Below are positions 54,615 through 64,000 of a stretch of 64,000 nt of DNA, piece after piece. Under the pieces are notes generated by a model that had not been told where the DNA came from, did no database searches, and saw only the letters and a program-made list of their open reading frames with translations. The DNA comes from Rickettsiales bacterium (lineage in GTDB: Bacteria; Pseudomonadota; Alphaproteobacteria; Rickettsiales; JABSSG01): assembly GCA_040221415.1 (NCBI GenBank), contig JAVKEN010000005.1, positions 5,114-69,113 of the forward strand. The letters are read 5' to 3'. The stretch's first letter is position 1, and each line of letters opens with the position of its first letter. Made by a program: the position numbers and the translations under genes.

Positions 54615-55750
54615 GTTTTTTTTCCATAAATTTTGCAGATAAATTAAAGAACATCTCATATTACAAGAATCTTCTTGCATACTTTGAAGAAGAATTTTTG
54701 CTTGGAATATTTACAGAGGTGGCGATCGTAATATTCACTTTATCTCTGGCATATGCTGCTTCTAAGTTCCTTACTATTCTAGCTAAAAGATTAGAAAAAA
54801 CGGATAATCATTGGGACGATATTTTAGTGAAAGCTCTTAAGCTTCCAGTGATTATGTTGGTTATTGTTATTGGTATTACAGAGTCTATGGAAATTTCTGG
54901 AGTGGTGAATAATAGACTTATTCATAAGTTATCAGTTCTATCGAAAGAGTTTGTTTTTGCATTTTCCGTTGGTTGGTTTCTTATTTCATATGTTGGCTTC
55001 TTTGAGAAACGAATAATATATTCAAAGAGATCTAAAGGAGAAAAAGTAGATTATGGTACAATTGACGGAGTCTCTAAGTTAGTAAAATTCCTTATTTTTT
55101 TAGCAACTTTTATCGTCATTCTAGATGTTTTAGGTGTGAATATAAAAGGTATAGTTGCAGCTGCTGGTATTGGTGGTGTCGCATTAGGTTTTGCATCAAA
55201 AGATTTATTGGCTAATTTCTTCGGTACGACAATTATATATTTAGATAAGCCATTTACTATTGGTGATTGGATAAAGTCTCCAGACAAAGATATTGAAGGT
55301 ACTGTTGAGGAGATTGGTTGGAGAATGACTAAAATTAGAAAGTTTGATAAAAGACCTATTTATGTTCCTAACTCGTTATTCAGTACAGTTGCAATTGAAA
55401 ATCCATCTAGAATGACCCATAGAAGGATAAGAAATATAATCGGTGTGCGTTACTCAGACGTGAAGGCGTTACCTAAAATCACCGAGCAAGTTAAACAGAT
55501 GCTAATTAATCACCCAGAGATTGACACTAATCAAACGTTAATAGTGCATTTCGAAGAGTTTGCAGATTGGTCCGTAAATTTTTTAGTCTATACATTTACG
55601 TACACTACGAATTGGATTAAATTTTATGAGGTAAGACAAGACGTAATGATGAAGATATCGGATATTATTTCTAAAAATAAAGCTAGCATTGCGTTCCCAA
55701 CAAACACTTTGGAATTCAGCAACTCACCTGTAGTAAGAACAAAAAAATAA
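54611..55750 (+). CDS. Mechanosensitive ion channel, MscS family (YnaI-like)
   Basis: GIGGVALGFASKDLLANFFG, KPFTIGDWI, GTVEEIGWRMT, IAFPT. Confidence 0.93.
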   Translation: MSFFSINFADKLKNISYYKNLLAYFEEEFLLGIFTEVAIVIFTLSLAYAASKFLTILAKRLEKTDNHWDDILVKALKLPVIMLVIVIGITESMEISGVVNNRLIHKLSVLSKEFVFAFSVGWFLISYVGFFEKRIIYSKRSKGEKVDYGTIDGVSKLVKFLIFLATFIVILDVLGVNIKGIVAAAGIGGVALGFASKDLLANFFGTTIIYLDKPFTIGDWIKSPDKDIEGTVEEIGWRMTKIRKFDKRPIYVPNSLFSTVAIENPSRMTHRRIRNIIGVRYSDVKALPKITEQVKQMLINHPEIDTNQTLIVHFEEFADWSVNFLVYTFTYTTNWIKFYEVRQDVMMKISDIISKNKASIAFPTNTLEFSNSPVVRTKK

Positions 55751-55763
55751 AAGGATTTAGTGG

Positions 55764-56333
55764 ATGAAAATAATAGCTAACTCAATTAGAGCAGGAAATG
55801 TTTTAATGCACAATAACAGACTTTATGTGGTTGCTAAAACTCCTGATCACACTAAGCCTGGCAAAGGTGGGGCCTTCGTTCAAGTTGAAATGAAAGACTT
55901 GAAAACTGGTAATAAACTGAATGAGAGGTTTAGTTCAACAGAGAATGTTGAGAAGGTTAGATTAGATCAAAAAGAATACCAATATTTGTACATAGAAGAT
56001 AATAAAGTATCTCTAATGGATTTAGAAAGTTATGAGCAGATAGAGATCCCGGTGGAGTTGTTAGGAGATAAAAAGAGTTTTTTACAAGACGGTATGCAAG
56101 TTGCCGTAGAGTCATATGAGGGCTCAGCAATCAGTGTGGAATTACCTGAAACTGTTGTTGCAACAGTTGTTGAAACGGAGCCTGTAGTAAAAGGGCAAAC
56201 TGCCTCAGCTTCTTACAAACCAGCTATTTTGGACAATGGAATCAGAGTTATGGTTCCGCCATTTGTAAACACTAACGATAAATTGGTGGTGCGTACAGAA
56301 GATTCATCATATGTAGAGAGAGCAAAGCCATAA
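55764..56333 (+). CDS. efp: Elongation factor P
   Basis: HTKPGKGGAFVQ, TEPVVKGQTA, KPAILDNG, VPPF, YVERA. Confidence 0.98.
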   Translation: MKIIANSIRAGNVLMHNNRLYVVAKTPDHTKPGKGGAFVQVEMKDLKTGNKLNERFSSTENVEKVRLDQKEYQYLYIEDNKVSLMDLESYEQIEIPVELLGDKKSFLQDGMQVAVESYEGSAISVELPETVVATVVETEPVVKGQTASASYKPAILDNGIRVMVPPFVNTNDKLVVRTEDSSYVERAKP

Positions 56334-57073
56334 TGTCAAATTTTTCAGCTAATATTACTGTACTCCAGAAAGTCAGAGATAAGGTTACTAACCGCTTAAG
56401 GCGTGATTATGAGGAAATATCTCATTTGCAAAACTCCATAAAGTCTACCAATACTTTTGCGCAGATGTCTCGTGATAAAATTGAGAAAAATATTGTAGAA
56501 GAGTTGTTATATGCACGTAATAATTTTGATTTATTGTCAGCAAATATGGGAGTAATCAAAAACGATAATCAGAAATTTAGGTGGGTAGTAAACTGTATTT
56601 CTGATATTAATAATTTTGCGCATGCGTTGCCTTTCTCAACCGTTTCAATTTCAATAGAAGAAGATGTAAAAAATGAGTTTACAACTATTGCATGTATGGT
56701 GATGGTGCTTGGCGCAAATGAAATATTCTATGCAGAAAAAGGCAAGGGTTCATGGGTAGAAATTAGTAAAACACATGTCTCTAATTCTAGAATTAGAGTC
56801 TCTAATAGGTCAAAGAATCTTGTTTTGGTATCTGAAAATGAAATAGAGCAAGAAAAAGTCAGTTTTAATTCAAAGATTGTGCCGCTTGTGTACTTGGCAG
56901 CTGGTAGAATAGACGGTGTCTTCTTTAAGGAGGTGTCGCATTTCGAAATCTCAGCACCTGTTTTACTGATAAATGAAGCAGGGGGGTATGTCAAAAAGAA
57001 ACAATTGAAAGATCATTACAGTATTTTTGCTACAAATCACAAAAGTGATAAATTTCTACCGACCCTTTCTTAA
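56333..57073 (+). CDS. suhB: SuhB/inositol monophosphatase family protein with degenerate active site
   Basis: IMPase fold cues (RDYEEISHLQ, NNFAHALP, FYAEKGKGS, YLAAGRIDG, LINEAGG). The catalytic DPLDGT and WD motifs are replaced. Confidence 0.75.
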   Translation: MSNFSANITVLQKVRDKVTNRLRRDYEEISHLQNSIKSTNTFAQMSRDKIEKNIVEELLYARNNFDLLSANMGVIKNDNQKFRWVVNCISDINNFAHALPFSTVSISIEEDVKNEFTTIACMVMVLGANEIFYAEKGKGSWVEISKTHVSNSRIRVSNRSKNLVLVSENEIEQEKVSFNSKIVPLVYLAAGRIDGVFFKEVSHFEISAPVLLINEAGGYVKKKQLKDHYSIFATNHKSDKFLPTLS

Positions 57074-58294
57074 GTGCTCAGTAACTGAGGTTTTTAATTG
57101 ATGAATTTCTTCAATATCTCTATTTAATTGCAATATTTTGTCACAATTCATTAATGCCTCGGCGTAATTTTTTTTCTTATAAAGGATTTTTGCAGTAAGA
57201 GTCAATGCATCGATATTATCTTTTTGTAGATCAATGGACTTTGCCAAATCTGATAATGCAATGTCATACTGTTGAGATTGGTAGAATATGTAGGCTCTAT
57301 TATAATATTGGTTAGATGAGTTAGTATGATACTCTTCGTGCTCAATTTTTGCGGATTTTAAAGATTTATTTAAGTATTTCTTAGCAATTGAATACTTCTC
57401 TTGAAAAAAAGCAGCAATTCCATAAGCGAACAAAACAAAGTCATTATTCGTTTTTTTTAGTAATTTAGCAAAAATCCTTTCGGAATCTTTCCATTTTTGT
57501 TGTGCCAAGAGACAGTATCCATAGTCATATAATGCAGATTCATTGCTGTTTTCTTTCGATAAATATTTTTCAAAAAATGTTTGTGCGACACTATATTTCT
57601 TTAAATGATAATGGCAGCAAGCTATGTAATATAAGAACTTGTTGTATTTATATTTTTTGTAAGCCGCTTCAGAGAATTTAATTACATCTTTAAAATGTGA
57701 TTTCTGATACAGGAAATCTATTTTGTAAACAATGTCATCCAGGCTAGCATCTTTTTTTGATAAAACTGTAAGAATATTTTTATACTTGAGATTCGAAATT
57801 TGTTGATAATCAAAATCCAATGCTACATTTATAAAATACTTTGAAGAATGAAATGAAGGGTTTTCAGTGATAGGTGTCTCATGGAATTTAGCAGCCTCTT
57901 TATTTTGATGGTCTTGAAAGATAGCTTTTTCATAAAAACTATTTGCCCCGCTTTTATCTTTTTTAATCAGGTGTATATGCCCTAAATAAGTGTATATAGC
58001 TGAACAAAAAAAATGTATATGATGATGATACTGTGAATTGATGCTAATTGCTTTTGATAAGTCTTTTAAAGATTGGCTATAATTTCCAAATTCAAAATTC
58101 AATACGCCCAGATTATTATAGGCATCGCTATCTTTTGGGTTTTCATTTATGACTTTGATATAATGATTTTTGAGCTGTTTTTCTAATTTTAAAGTATAAG
58201 GAGTAGCTGCTTCTGAGAGGAAGTTTATTATGGTTTTTGGTATATAACTAAATATATTCATTTTGACTACACTATAACTAAAACATAGTCTCAT
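57056..58294 (-). CDS. Tetratricopeptide repeat protein
   Basis: Several TPR consensus units (AYNNLGVL...Y..SL.DLSKAISIN; ALYDYGYC; YYNRAYIFY..QQYD.AL.DL.KSI.L). The true start may be ATG 58261. Confidence 0.85.
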   Translation of the reverse strand: MRLCFSYSVVKMNIFSYIPKTIINFLSEAATPYTLKLEKQLKNHYIKVINENPKDSDAYNNLGVLNFEFGNYSQSLKDLSKAISINSQYHHHIHFFCSAIYTYLGHIHLIKKDKSGANSFYEKAIFQDHQNKEAAKFHETPITENPSFHSSKYFINVALDFDYQQISNLKYKNILTVLSKKDASLDDIVYKIDFLYQKSHFKDVIKFSEAAYKKYKYNKFLYYIACCHYHLKKYSVAQTFFEKYLSKENSNESALYDYGYCLLAQQKWKDSERIFAKLLKKTNNDFVLFAYGIAAFFQEKYSIAKKYLNKSLKSAKIEHEEYHTNSSNQYYNRAYIFYQSQQYDIALSDLAKSIDLQKDNIDALTLTAKILYKKKNYAEALMNCDKILQLNRDIEEIHQLKTSVTEHLRKGR

Positions 58295-58359
58295 AGATGT
58301 GATTAAATTTCAATAAAGCAACATGATAATATATAATTACCACAAAAATACACCATTAC

Positions 58360-59748
58360 ATGATTTGGAGTTCTCAGACAATTAGAAAATTTTGCTACGG
58401 GGAAGTGATTGGCTCTTGGGAAGCCGAAGGGATCTCTATAGATACTCGTAGAATCGCACCTAATGAAATCTTTGTTGCTTTTAGAGGAAATAATGTTGAT
58501 GGTCATGATTTTATATCTGAAGTTGCCTCTAAAAATCACGTTTTTATTTGCGAGAGACTTCCAAAGAGTCTGATTAAAAATAAAAACTTAAAATATTGGA
58601 TTGTGGATGATGTGGTAAAAGCTATCGAGGTAATGGCTAAGTACAACAGATCTAGATCTAAAGCTAAATTTATTGGAGTGACAGGAAGTGTTGGTAAAAC
58701 AACTGTTAAGGAAGCGCTAACTTTTTTATTTTCTAAATTTGGTAAAACGTTTTCTTCCAAAGGAAATTACAATAATCACCTTGGTGTACCAATAAGTTTG
58801 GCGTCTATGCCATTAGATATAGAGTATGCTATATTTGAGATGGGTATGAGTGCTCTTGGAGAAATCGACTTCCTTACGAAATTTGTTAGGCCAAACATTG
58901 CAATCATTACACATGTTGCTCCTGTGCATATAGAATTTTTAAAGACTATAGAAAATATTGCCAGAGCGAAATCTGAAATATTTAATTCGATGGATAAAAA
59001 TGGAGTTGCTATAATTAATGGTGATGTAGAAATGATTCAAATAGTCAGGGAATCAATTCAAAAGAATAATATTTATAGAGTCTATAGTTTTGGAAAGAAG
59101 TCTAAGAATAATTTGCAGCTAACCAAATATACTCAACACGTTGACCGGTCATCTATAGAAGCGCAATTTTTAGGGAAAAAGTTAAAATTTGATCTATCTA
59201 TCCGAGGAGAACATCATGCTCAAAATATGCTATCAGTTATACTGGCTGCACATGTTTTAGGTGTGGATACAAATAAAATTACAAAAGCCCTGAAGAACTT
59301 TAATTCAATAGCTGGAAGAGGGCAAATTGAGAGTATTGTCTACAATAAAATGGAGATAATGTTAATAGATGAGTCATATAATTCTAGTCCTGAATCTTTG
59401 ATTTCTGCATTAAAGGTTCTTGGAGGGATATGTATGAACGATAAATGGAAACGCAAAGTTGCTATTCTTTCAGATATGGGTGAATTGGGTGAAATTGCTA
59501 TTAAAGAGCATTTAAGAATAGCAAAGTATATTTCAGAAAATAAAATAGATTTCTTGATTACAGTTGGAAAATTGATGAAAAATTTGCATAATGCTGTTTT
59601 CAAGGAAGTGAATTGTATTCATTACGATTCAAACGACGATTTGAGGAATAATTTGGATAGACTTATCTCTGATAAGGATGTTGTTTTAGTTAAAGGTTCA
59701 AACGGGACAAAAATTTACGAAATAGTGCAATTATTAAAAGGAAAATAG
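58360..59748 (+). CDS. murF: UDP-MurNAc-tripeptide--D-Ala-D-Ala ligase
   Basis: IDTRR, DGHDF, VTGSVGKTT, NYNNHLGVP, FEMGM, IDESYNSSP, VLVKGS. Confidence 0.95.
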   Translation: MIWSSQTIRKFCYGEVIGSWEAEGISIDTRRIAPNEIFVAFRGNNVDGHDFISEVASKNHVFICERLPKSLIKNKNLKYWIVDDVVKAIEVMAKYNRSRSKAKFIGVTGSVGKTTVKEALTFLFSKFGKTFSSKGNYNNHLGVPISLASMPLDIEYAIFEMGMSALGEIDFLTKFVRPNIAIITHVAPVHIEFLKTIENIARAKSEIFNSMDKNGVAIINGDVEMIQIVRESIQKNNIYRVYSFGKKSKNNLQLTKYTQHVDRSSIEAQFLGKKLKFDLSIRGEHHAQNMLSVILAAHVLGVDTNKITKALKNFNSIAGRGQIESIVYNKMEIMLIDESYNSSPESLISALKVLGGICMNDKWKRKVAILSDMGELGEIAIKEHLRIAKYISENKIDFLITVGKLMKNLHNAVFKEVNCIHYDSNDDLRNNLDRLISDKDVVLVKGSNGTKIYEIVQLLKGK

Positions 59749-60837
59749 ATGTTATATAGTTTGTTATCAAATGCTGATGGTTTGGTTTTTATTAATCTTT
59801 TTAGATACATTAGCTTTAGAAGTGGTGGAGCAATTTTTACTGCTTTTCTCATTTCTTTATTTATTGGACCAAAAATTATAAATATTTTGCGTCAACTCAA
59901 TCCAAAGGGGCAGCCCATACGTAAAGATGGCCCTCAATCGCATATTAAGGATAAGAAAGGAACTCCTACAATGGGAGGACTGATTATTTTAATATCTTCT
60001 TTAGTAAGTACTCTGTTATGGGTTGATCTAGGAAACTCATATATATGGATTGTGTTGTTCGTGACAATCTCCTTTGCCTTGCTCGGGTTTGTTGATGATT
60101 ACCTTAAAGTTACAAAATATAGCTCCAGAGGTGTTCCTGGTAAAGTCAAATTATTGATACAAACCTTTGTTAGTATAATTGCATGTTATGCGATCCAAAA
60201 ATTTAGTTTGCCTGAATATTATGATACTATAACCCTTCCCTTTCTCAAAAGTTTTAATTTAAGCATTGGTTGGTTCTATTTTGTATTTGTATCTGTAGTT
60301 ATAGTTGGCGCATCTAATGCAGTAAATCTCACAGACGGTTTAGATGGGTTAGCAATGGGTCCAAGCATCATAGCATTTGTTTGTTTTGCTATAATTAGCT
60401 ATATCACGGGAAACATTATTTTTTCCTCTTACTTGCAGATTATTTTTGTAAAAGGAGTGGGTGAAATTACAGTTTTCTGCGCTGCAATGGTAGGATCTTG
60501 TCTAGGATTTTTATGGTTTAATTCACCTCCAGCAAAAATATTTATGGGGGATGTTGGCAGTTTGTCTTTAGGAGGTGCGCTTGGCACTATAGCAGTGATT
60601 ACCAAGAATGAGTTTGTCTTAGCAATTATCGGAGGAGTGTTTGTTATGGAGGCTATATCAGTCATTTTACAAGTTTACTATTTCAAATTTTCAGGTGGTA
60701 AGAGGATTCTTCTTATGGCCCCATTGCATCATCATTTTGAAAAGAAAGGATGGTCTGAAGCCACTGTGGTGATACGTTTCTGGATCATGGCTGCTTTATT
60801 TGGCTTGATTGGTATTGCCACTTTAAAACTTAGATAA
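59749..60837 (+). CDS. mraY: Phospho-N-acetylmuramoyl-pentapeptide transferase
   Basis: [43 protein letters not shown]. Confidence 0.97.
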   Translation: MLYSLLSNADGLVFINLFRYISFRSGGAIFTAFLISLFIGPKIINILRQLNPKGQPIRKDGPQSHIKDKKGTPTMGGLIILISSLVSTLLWVDLGNSYIWIVLFVTISFALLGFVDDYLKVTKYSSRGVPGKVKLLIQTFVSIIACYAIQKFSLPEYYDTITLPFLKSFNLSIGWFYFVFVSVVIVGASNAVNLTDGLDGLAMGPSIIAFVCFAIISYITGNIIFSSYLQIIFVKGVGEITVFCAAMVGSCLGFLWFNSPPAKIFMGDVGSLSLGGALGTIAVITKNEFVLAIIGGVFVMEAISVILQVYYFKFSGGKRILLMAPLHHHFEKKGWSEATVVIRFWIMAALFGLIGIATLKLR

Positions 60838-61508
60838 TGTTTGGCAGAAACCCTAAAAGAAAACCTATTGTCAAATACAACGGCTCATTGTTTTTGAAAG
60901 AGATAGTAGCGACTTTTCAAGGAGAGGGGCCTTTTGTTGGGCGTCCAGCCATATTTATAAGGCTTGGAGGGTGTAATTTATCATGTGAGTTTTGTGATAC
61001 AGATTTCGAAGATTTTTTGTCTGCTAAAACTTCCAACATTCTTTTAGAAGTAGAAGAAAAATCGGTTTGCAAAGGAAAAAAAATTAACTTAGTGGTGATA
61101 ACAGGAGGAGAGCCTTTAAGGCAACCGATTGAGGACCTATGTGATCAATTGTTAGATTTGGGTTATGAGGTGCAAATTGAGACTAACGGGACCTTACATA
61201 GAAAGTTAAATAAGAAAGTTCATATAGTTTGCTCTCCCAAAGTAGTAAATAAAGAATATTTAAAGATTCATCCGTTGTTATTACCTAATGTAACTGCTTT
61301 CAAATTTTTAGTATCAACAAAAGTTGAGGGATATAATGACATCCCTAGTTATGCCAAGTCTTTCAATCAAGATATGGTATATTTGCAGCCAATGGATGAA
61401 ATCGATGAGTCTAAAAATAGAGAAAATATGTTGCATACTTTGAGATTAGCAAATAAATATGGTTTTAACCTTTGCTTGCAAACTCATAAAATATGGGGAA
61501 TTTACTGA
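60837..61508 (+). CDS. queE: 7-carboxy-7-deazaguanine synthase (radical SAM)
   Basis: TFQGEG, FIRLGGCNLSCEFCDT, TGGEP, IETNG, QTHK. Confidence 0.93.
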   Translation: MFGRNPKRKPIVKYNGSLFLKEIVATFQGEGPFVGRPAIFIRLGGCNLSCEFCDTDFEDFLSAKTSNILLEVEEKSVCKGKKINLVVITGGEPLRQPIEDLCDQLLDLGYEVQIETNGTLHRKLNKKVHIVCSPKVVNKEYLKIHPLLLPNVTAFKFLVSTKVEGYNDIPSYAKSFNQDMVYLQPMDEIDESKNRENMLHTLRLANKYGFNLCLQTHKIWGIY

Positions 61509-62194
61509 TGGAAAAAAGGGCAATAGCAATAGTTAGTGGTGGAATAGATTCTACTACTTTACTAGCAAAGCTTATAAACGAAGGATATGAAGTTGATGTT
61601 TTATCTTTCTTGTACGGACAAAGAAACACTTTTGAAATAAATAAGGTTAAAAAAATTGCAAAATCATATAATGTGGTTACACATAAAATTATTAAATTAA
61701 ACCTTGATCAGATAGGGGGGTCTGCGTTAACTGCTGAAATAGATGTGCCTAAAAACAACTATGACAAAAACTCAAGTGATAAGGATATCCCAGTTACCTA
61801 TGTTCCTGCAAGAAATACAATTTTTCTCAGCTATGCTCTTGGTTGGGCGGAAGTTAGAAAAATAAATCATATTTTTTTTGGTGCGCATATTGTTGATTAT
61901 AGTAATTACCCTGATTGCAGGCCAGAGTATATTGATGCTTTTGAAAAGATGGCAAACTTAGCTACTGAAATGGGTATAAAGGGCAAAAAGATTTTTATAG
62001 AGGCGCCATTTGTTAAAATGGCAAAATCTGACATTATAAAGATAGGATTAGATTTGGGAGTGGATTATTCTGAAACTATAAGCTGCTATGATCCTTCTTT
62101 GGAAGGAAAAAGCTGTGGTAAGTGTGATGCGTGCATCATAAGACTAGAAGGGTTTGCCAAAAACAACAAAAAGGATCCAATTGAATATCAGTGA
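61508..62194 (+). CDS. queC: 7-cyano-7-deazaguanine synthase
   Basis: SGGIDS, YGQR, TYVPARNTIFL, YPDCRPE, SCY, CGKCDAC. Start set at ATG 61508 (TGATG overlap). Confidence 0.96.
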   Translation: MEKRAIAIVSGGIDSTTLLAKLINEGYEVDVLSFLYGQRNTFEINKVKKIAKSYNVVTHKIIKLNLDQIGGSALTAEIDVPKNNYDKNSSDKDIPVTYVPARNTIFLSYALGWAEVRKINHIFFGAHIVDYSNYPDCRPEYIDAFEKMANLATEMGIKGKKIFIEAPFVKMAKSDIIKIGLDLGVDYSETISCYDPSLEGKSCGKCDACIIRLEGFAKNNKKDPIEYQ

Positions 62195-62732
62195 AGATAA
62201 GATTTTTGCTAATTTTCCTACAATAAAAACTGACAAGTTTTTATTGAGAGAAATTAAAATTTCTGATGCAAAACATTTTTTTGAATATATTACTAATTCA
62301 AATGTAGTCGAATTTCTATCATCTGAAGAGTTACCAGATAGTTATTCAAATGCTATTAGTGAGTTGTCTTATTGGAAAGGATTATTTGATAATAAAAGAA
62401 GTATATATTGGGGTATTGAGAAAGATTCAAAATTAATTGGTACGTGTGGATATAACAATTGGAATAGAACTCATAAAAGATGTGAAATAAGCTACGATTT
62501 ATCCTATTCCCATTGGGGGCAAGGAATTATGACAGAAGCAGTAAAGTTGATTGTAAGATTTGCGTTTAACGAAATGGGTATAAATCGTGTGCAAAGTACG
62601 GTAGCTACTGATAATATAGCATCTATAAAAGTGCTGGAAAAAAATCATTTTAAACGAGAAGGCAGGATGGAAAAGTTTGGCATTCTCAATGGAAAACTTA
62701 AAGATTTTTTTATGTATTCGAGGGTTAGGTAA
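62154..62732 (+). CDS. GNAT acetyltransferase, RimJ/RimL family
   Basis: LREIKISDA, LIGTCG, EISYDL...WGQGIMTEA, NIASIKVLEKNHF..EG. Start uncertain (TTG 62154 or 62181). Confidence 0.88.
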   Translation: MPKTTKRIQLNISEDKIFANFPTIKTDKFLLREIKISDAKHFFEYITNSNVVEFLSSEELPDSYSNAISELSYWKGLFDNKRSIYWGIEKDSKLIGTCGYNNWNRTHKRCEISYDLSYSHWGQGIMTEAVKLIVRFAFNEMGINRVQSTVATDNIASIKVLEKNHFKREGRMEKFGILNGKLKDFFMYSRVR

Positions 62733-63127
62733 TGTTAAAGAATGACTTAAAATTAAACATTAAGGCAACTCCAAATTTTGAGGGCGATGCTGCAAAGTTT
62801 CGTAGTGATGAGGGTTATGTCTGGACATACGATATTGTGGTAGAGAATATGGGAGATCAACCGGTGCAGATATTATCAAGAAATTGGAGAATAATAGACT
62901 CCTTAGGCAATATAAGAGAGGTCGATGGTGAAGGTGTGATTGGTAAAAAGCCAATTATAAATTGCGGTGAAAGATTTCAGTATTCTTCCTTTGCACAATT
63001 AAGTAGCTCGTCGGGAATAATGTATGGAAGTTACCAAGCGAAAGCGCTAGAAAGCGGAGAAGTTTTTACGGCAGACATACCAGCTTTTTCTTTAGATGCT
63101 CCTGATGATGAAAGAGTGGTAAATTAA
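62732..63127 (+). CDS. apaG: ApaG domain protein
   Basis: YVWTYDI, VQILSRNWRI, VDGEGVIG.KP, FQYSS, G.MYGSY, IPAFSLD. Confidence 0.94.
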   Translation: MLKNDLKLNIKATPNFEGDAAKFRSDEGYVWTYDIVVENMGDQPVQILSRNWRIIDSLGNIREVDGEGVIGKKPIINCGERFQYSSFAQLSSSSGIMYGSYQAKALESGEVFTADIPAFSLDAPDDERVVN

Positions 63128-63128
63128 T

Positions 63129-63539
63129 ATGTCTTTAGTTGAAGCGTACACTTTTTTATTTTTTGATAGCCTGATGTCTTCGATGATTTTTGTATCAAAC
63201 ACCACAATGGCTTATCATGTGATGTACATATTTGATGGATATAATAAATACTTGATGTTATTGGTGGCTGTATTAGGGAGCCTGTTTGGTTTATCAATTA
63301 ATTATCTCTTGGGAGTTGCCTTTGGTACTGTTAAGAAAAAAAAGTTGGGTGAATCTATAAAATATTCTCGTTTAAGATCCTTCACACAAAATAAATTATT
63401 CTTTATAAGCTTTTTTTCTTTTGTACCCCTACTAGGAGTTCTTGCGACGACCTTTTCAGGTCTTATGAGGGTTAGTTTTTCTAGGTTTTTTATAGCAGCC
63501 TTGCTTGGAAGACTGCTATACTATTTTTTGATTTCTTAA
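63129..63539 (+). CDS. DedA/YqaA-like (VTT domain) membrane protein
   Basis: AVLGSLFG...NY.LG, FVPLLGV, GLMRVSF..F......GR. Confidence 0.78.
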   Translation: MSLVEAYTFLFFDSLMSSMIFVSNTTMAYHVMYIFDGYNKYLMLLVAVLGSLFGLSINYLLGVAFGTVKKKKLGESIKYSRLRSFTQNKLFFISFFSFVPLLGVLATTFSGLMRVSFSRFFIAALLGRLLYYFLIS

Positions 63540-63904
63540 GCTTCGTCTGCTAAAGTTTTAACCAGAGTGTTTACTGCGTCTTGATATATTGAATTGTTTA
63601 TTTTCATGAAATTTCTTGCAACTTCAATACACATTCTCTGGTGGTGTGTATTTACTTCTGTCACATCTTGTTCAATATCTTGGTAAAAATATGAGATGTC
63701 TTTGCTTAAGACTTTCGCAATAAGTGCCAGTCTACCTGCTGAAACTCTATTAGTTCCTTTTTCATATTTCTGACATTGTTGGTGAGTTACCCCAATAGCG
63801 TCCCCAAGTTCTTGCCTAGACATTCCTAGAGCAAGACGCAACTTGTATATCTTTTGTCCAATATGTTTATCGATGTGATCGATGTCTTGATTTTTTCGAC
63901 CCAT
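63536..63904 (-). CDS. XRE/HTH_3 family transcriptional regulator
   Basis: IDKHIGQKIYKLRLALGMSRQELGDAIGVTHQQCQKYEKGTNRVSAGRL, the alphaproteobacterial XRE type. Start set at ATG 63904. Confidence 0.92.
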   Translation of the reverse strand: MGRKNQDIDHIDKHIGQKIYKLRLALGMSRQELGDAIGVTHQQCQKYEKGTNRVSAGRLALIAKVLSKDISYFYQDIEQDVTEVNTHHQRMCIEVARNFMKINNSIYQDAVNTLVKTLADEA

Positions 63905-64000
63905 TTTTATGCCTCTCAATTAAAAATTGTTATGTATCAATATAATATGAACGATAAGTTAACATAAATTAATAATAATTCCAAGTATTTTTTTTATATT

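Noticed and set aside
60837-62194. queE-queC as part of a dpd 7-deazaguanine DNA-modification system, or under a preQ1 riboswitch
   Set aside because: No dpdA/tgt-like or other dpd genes are nearby, and there is no leader between mraY and queE. Ordinary queuosine synthesis is the simpler reading.

Overview
AT-rich, very densely packed chromosomal segment from an alphaproteobacterium, most likely an order Rickettsiales endosymbiont. Supporting signs are a stand-alone 23S-5S rRNA unit with no 16S, three Tlc/NTT nucleotide translocases, and chpT, carD and three-subunit pntAAB. It is metabolically richer than Rickettsia sensu stricto (gpmI, fbaB, rpiB, glmM, folate cluster), so a Midichloriaceae-like or early-branching lineage is plausible; this placement is inference. 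The window holds about 62 CDS, 23S and 5S rRNA, and three tRNAs (fMet-CAT, Leu-TAA, Val-GAC). I saw no transposase, integrase, phage gene or CRISPR array. Most genes are housekeeping. The most notable items are: (1) a transhydrogenase operon translationally coupled to the first of three tandem, diverged nucleotide translocases, with an ORFan membrane gene between them, a candidate NAD/nucleotide-theft-to-NADPH module; (2) a pabC-like gene embedded antisense in a long plus-strand run, sharing a CATG start-codon overlap with folB and a TTAA stop overlap with an M23 gene, a candidate non-contiguous operon; (3) an ArgR repressor, atypical for alphaproteobacteria, divergent from an amino-acid ABC importer, with ARG boxes overlapping a near-consensus promoter; (4) a PAPS-synthesis module (sat-cysC fusion, cysQ, DUF2061) plus an orphan PAS histidine kinase between 5S rRNA and tRNA-fMet; (5) a catalytically degenerate SuhB together with a boxB/boxA leader on the orphan 23S unit. 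All product calls come from motif recognition by eye; no database searches were run.
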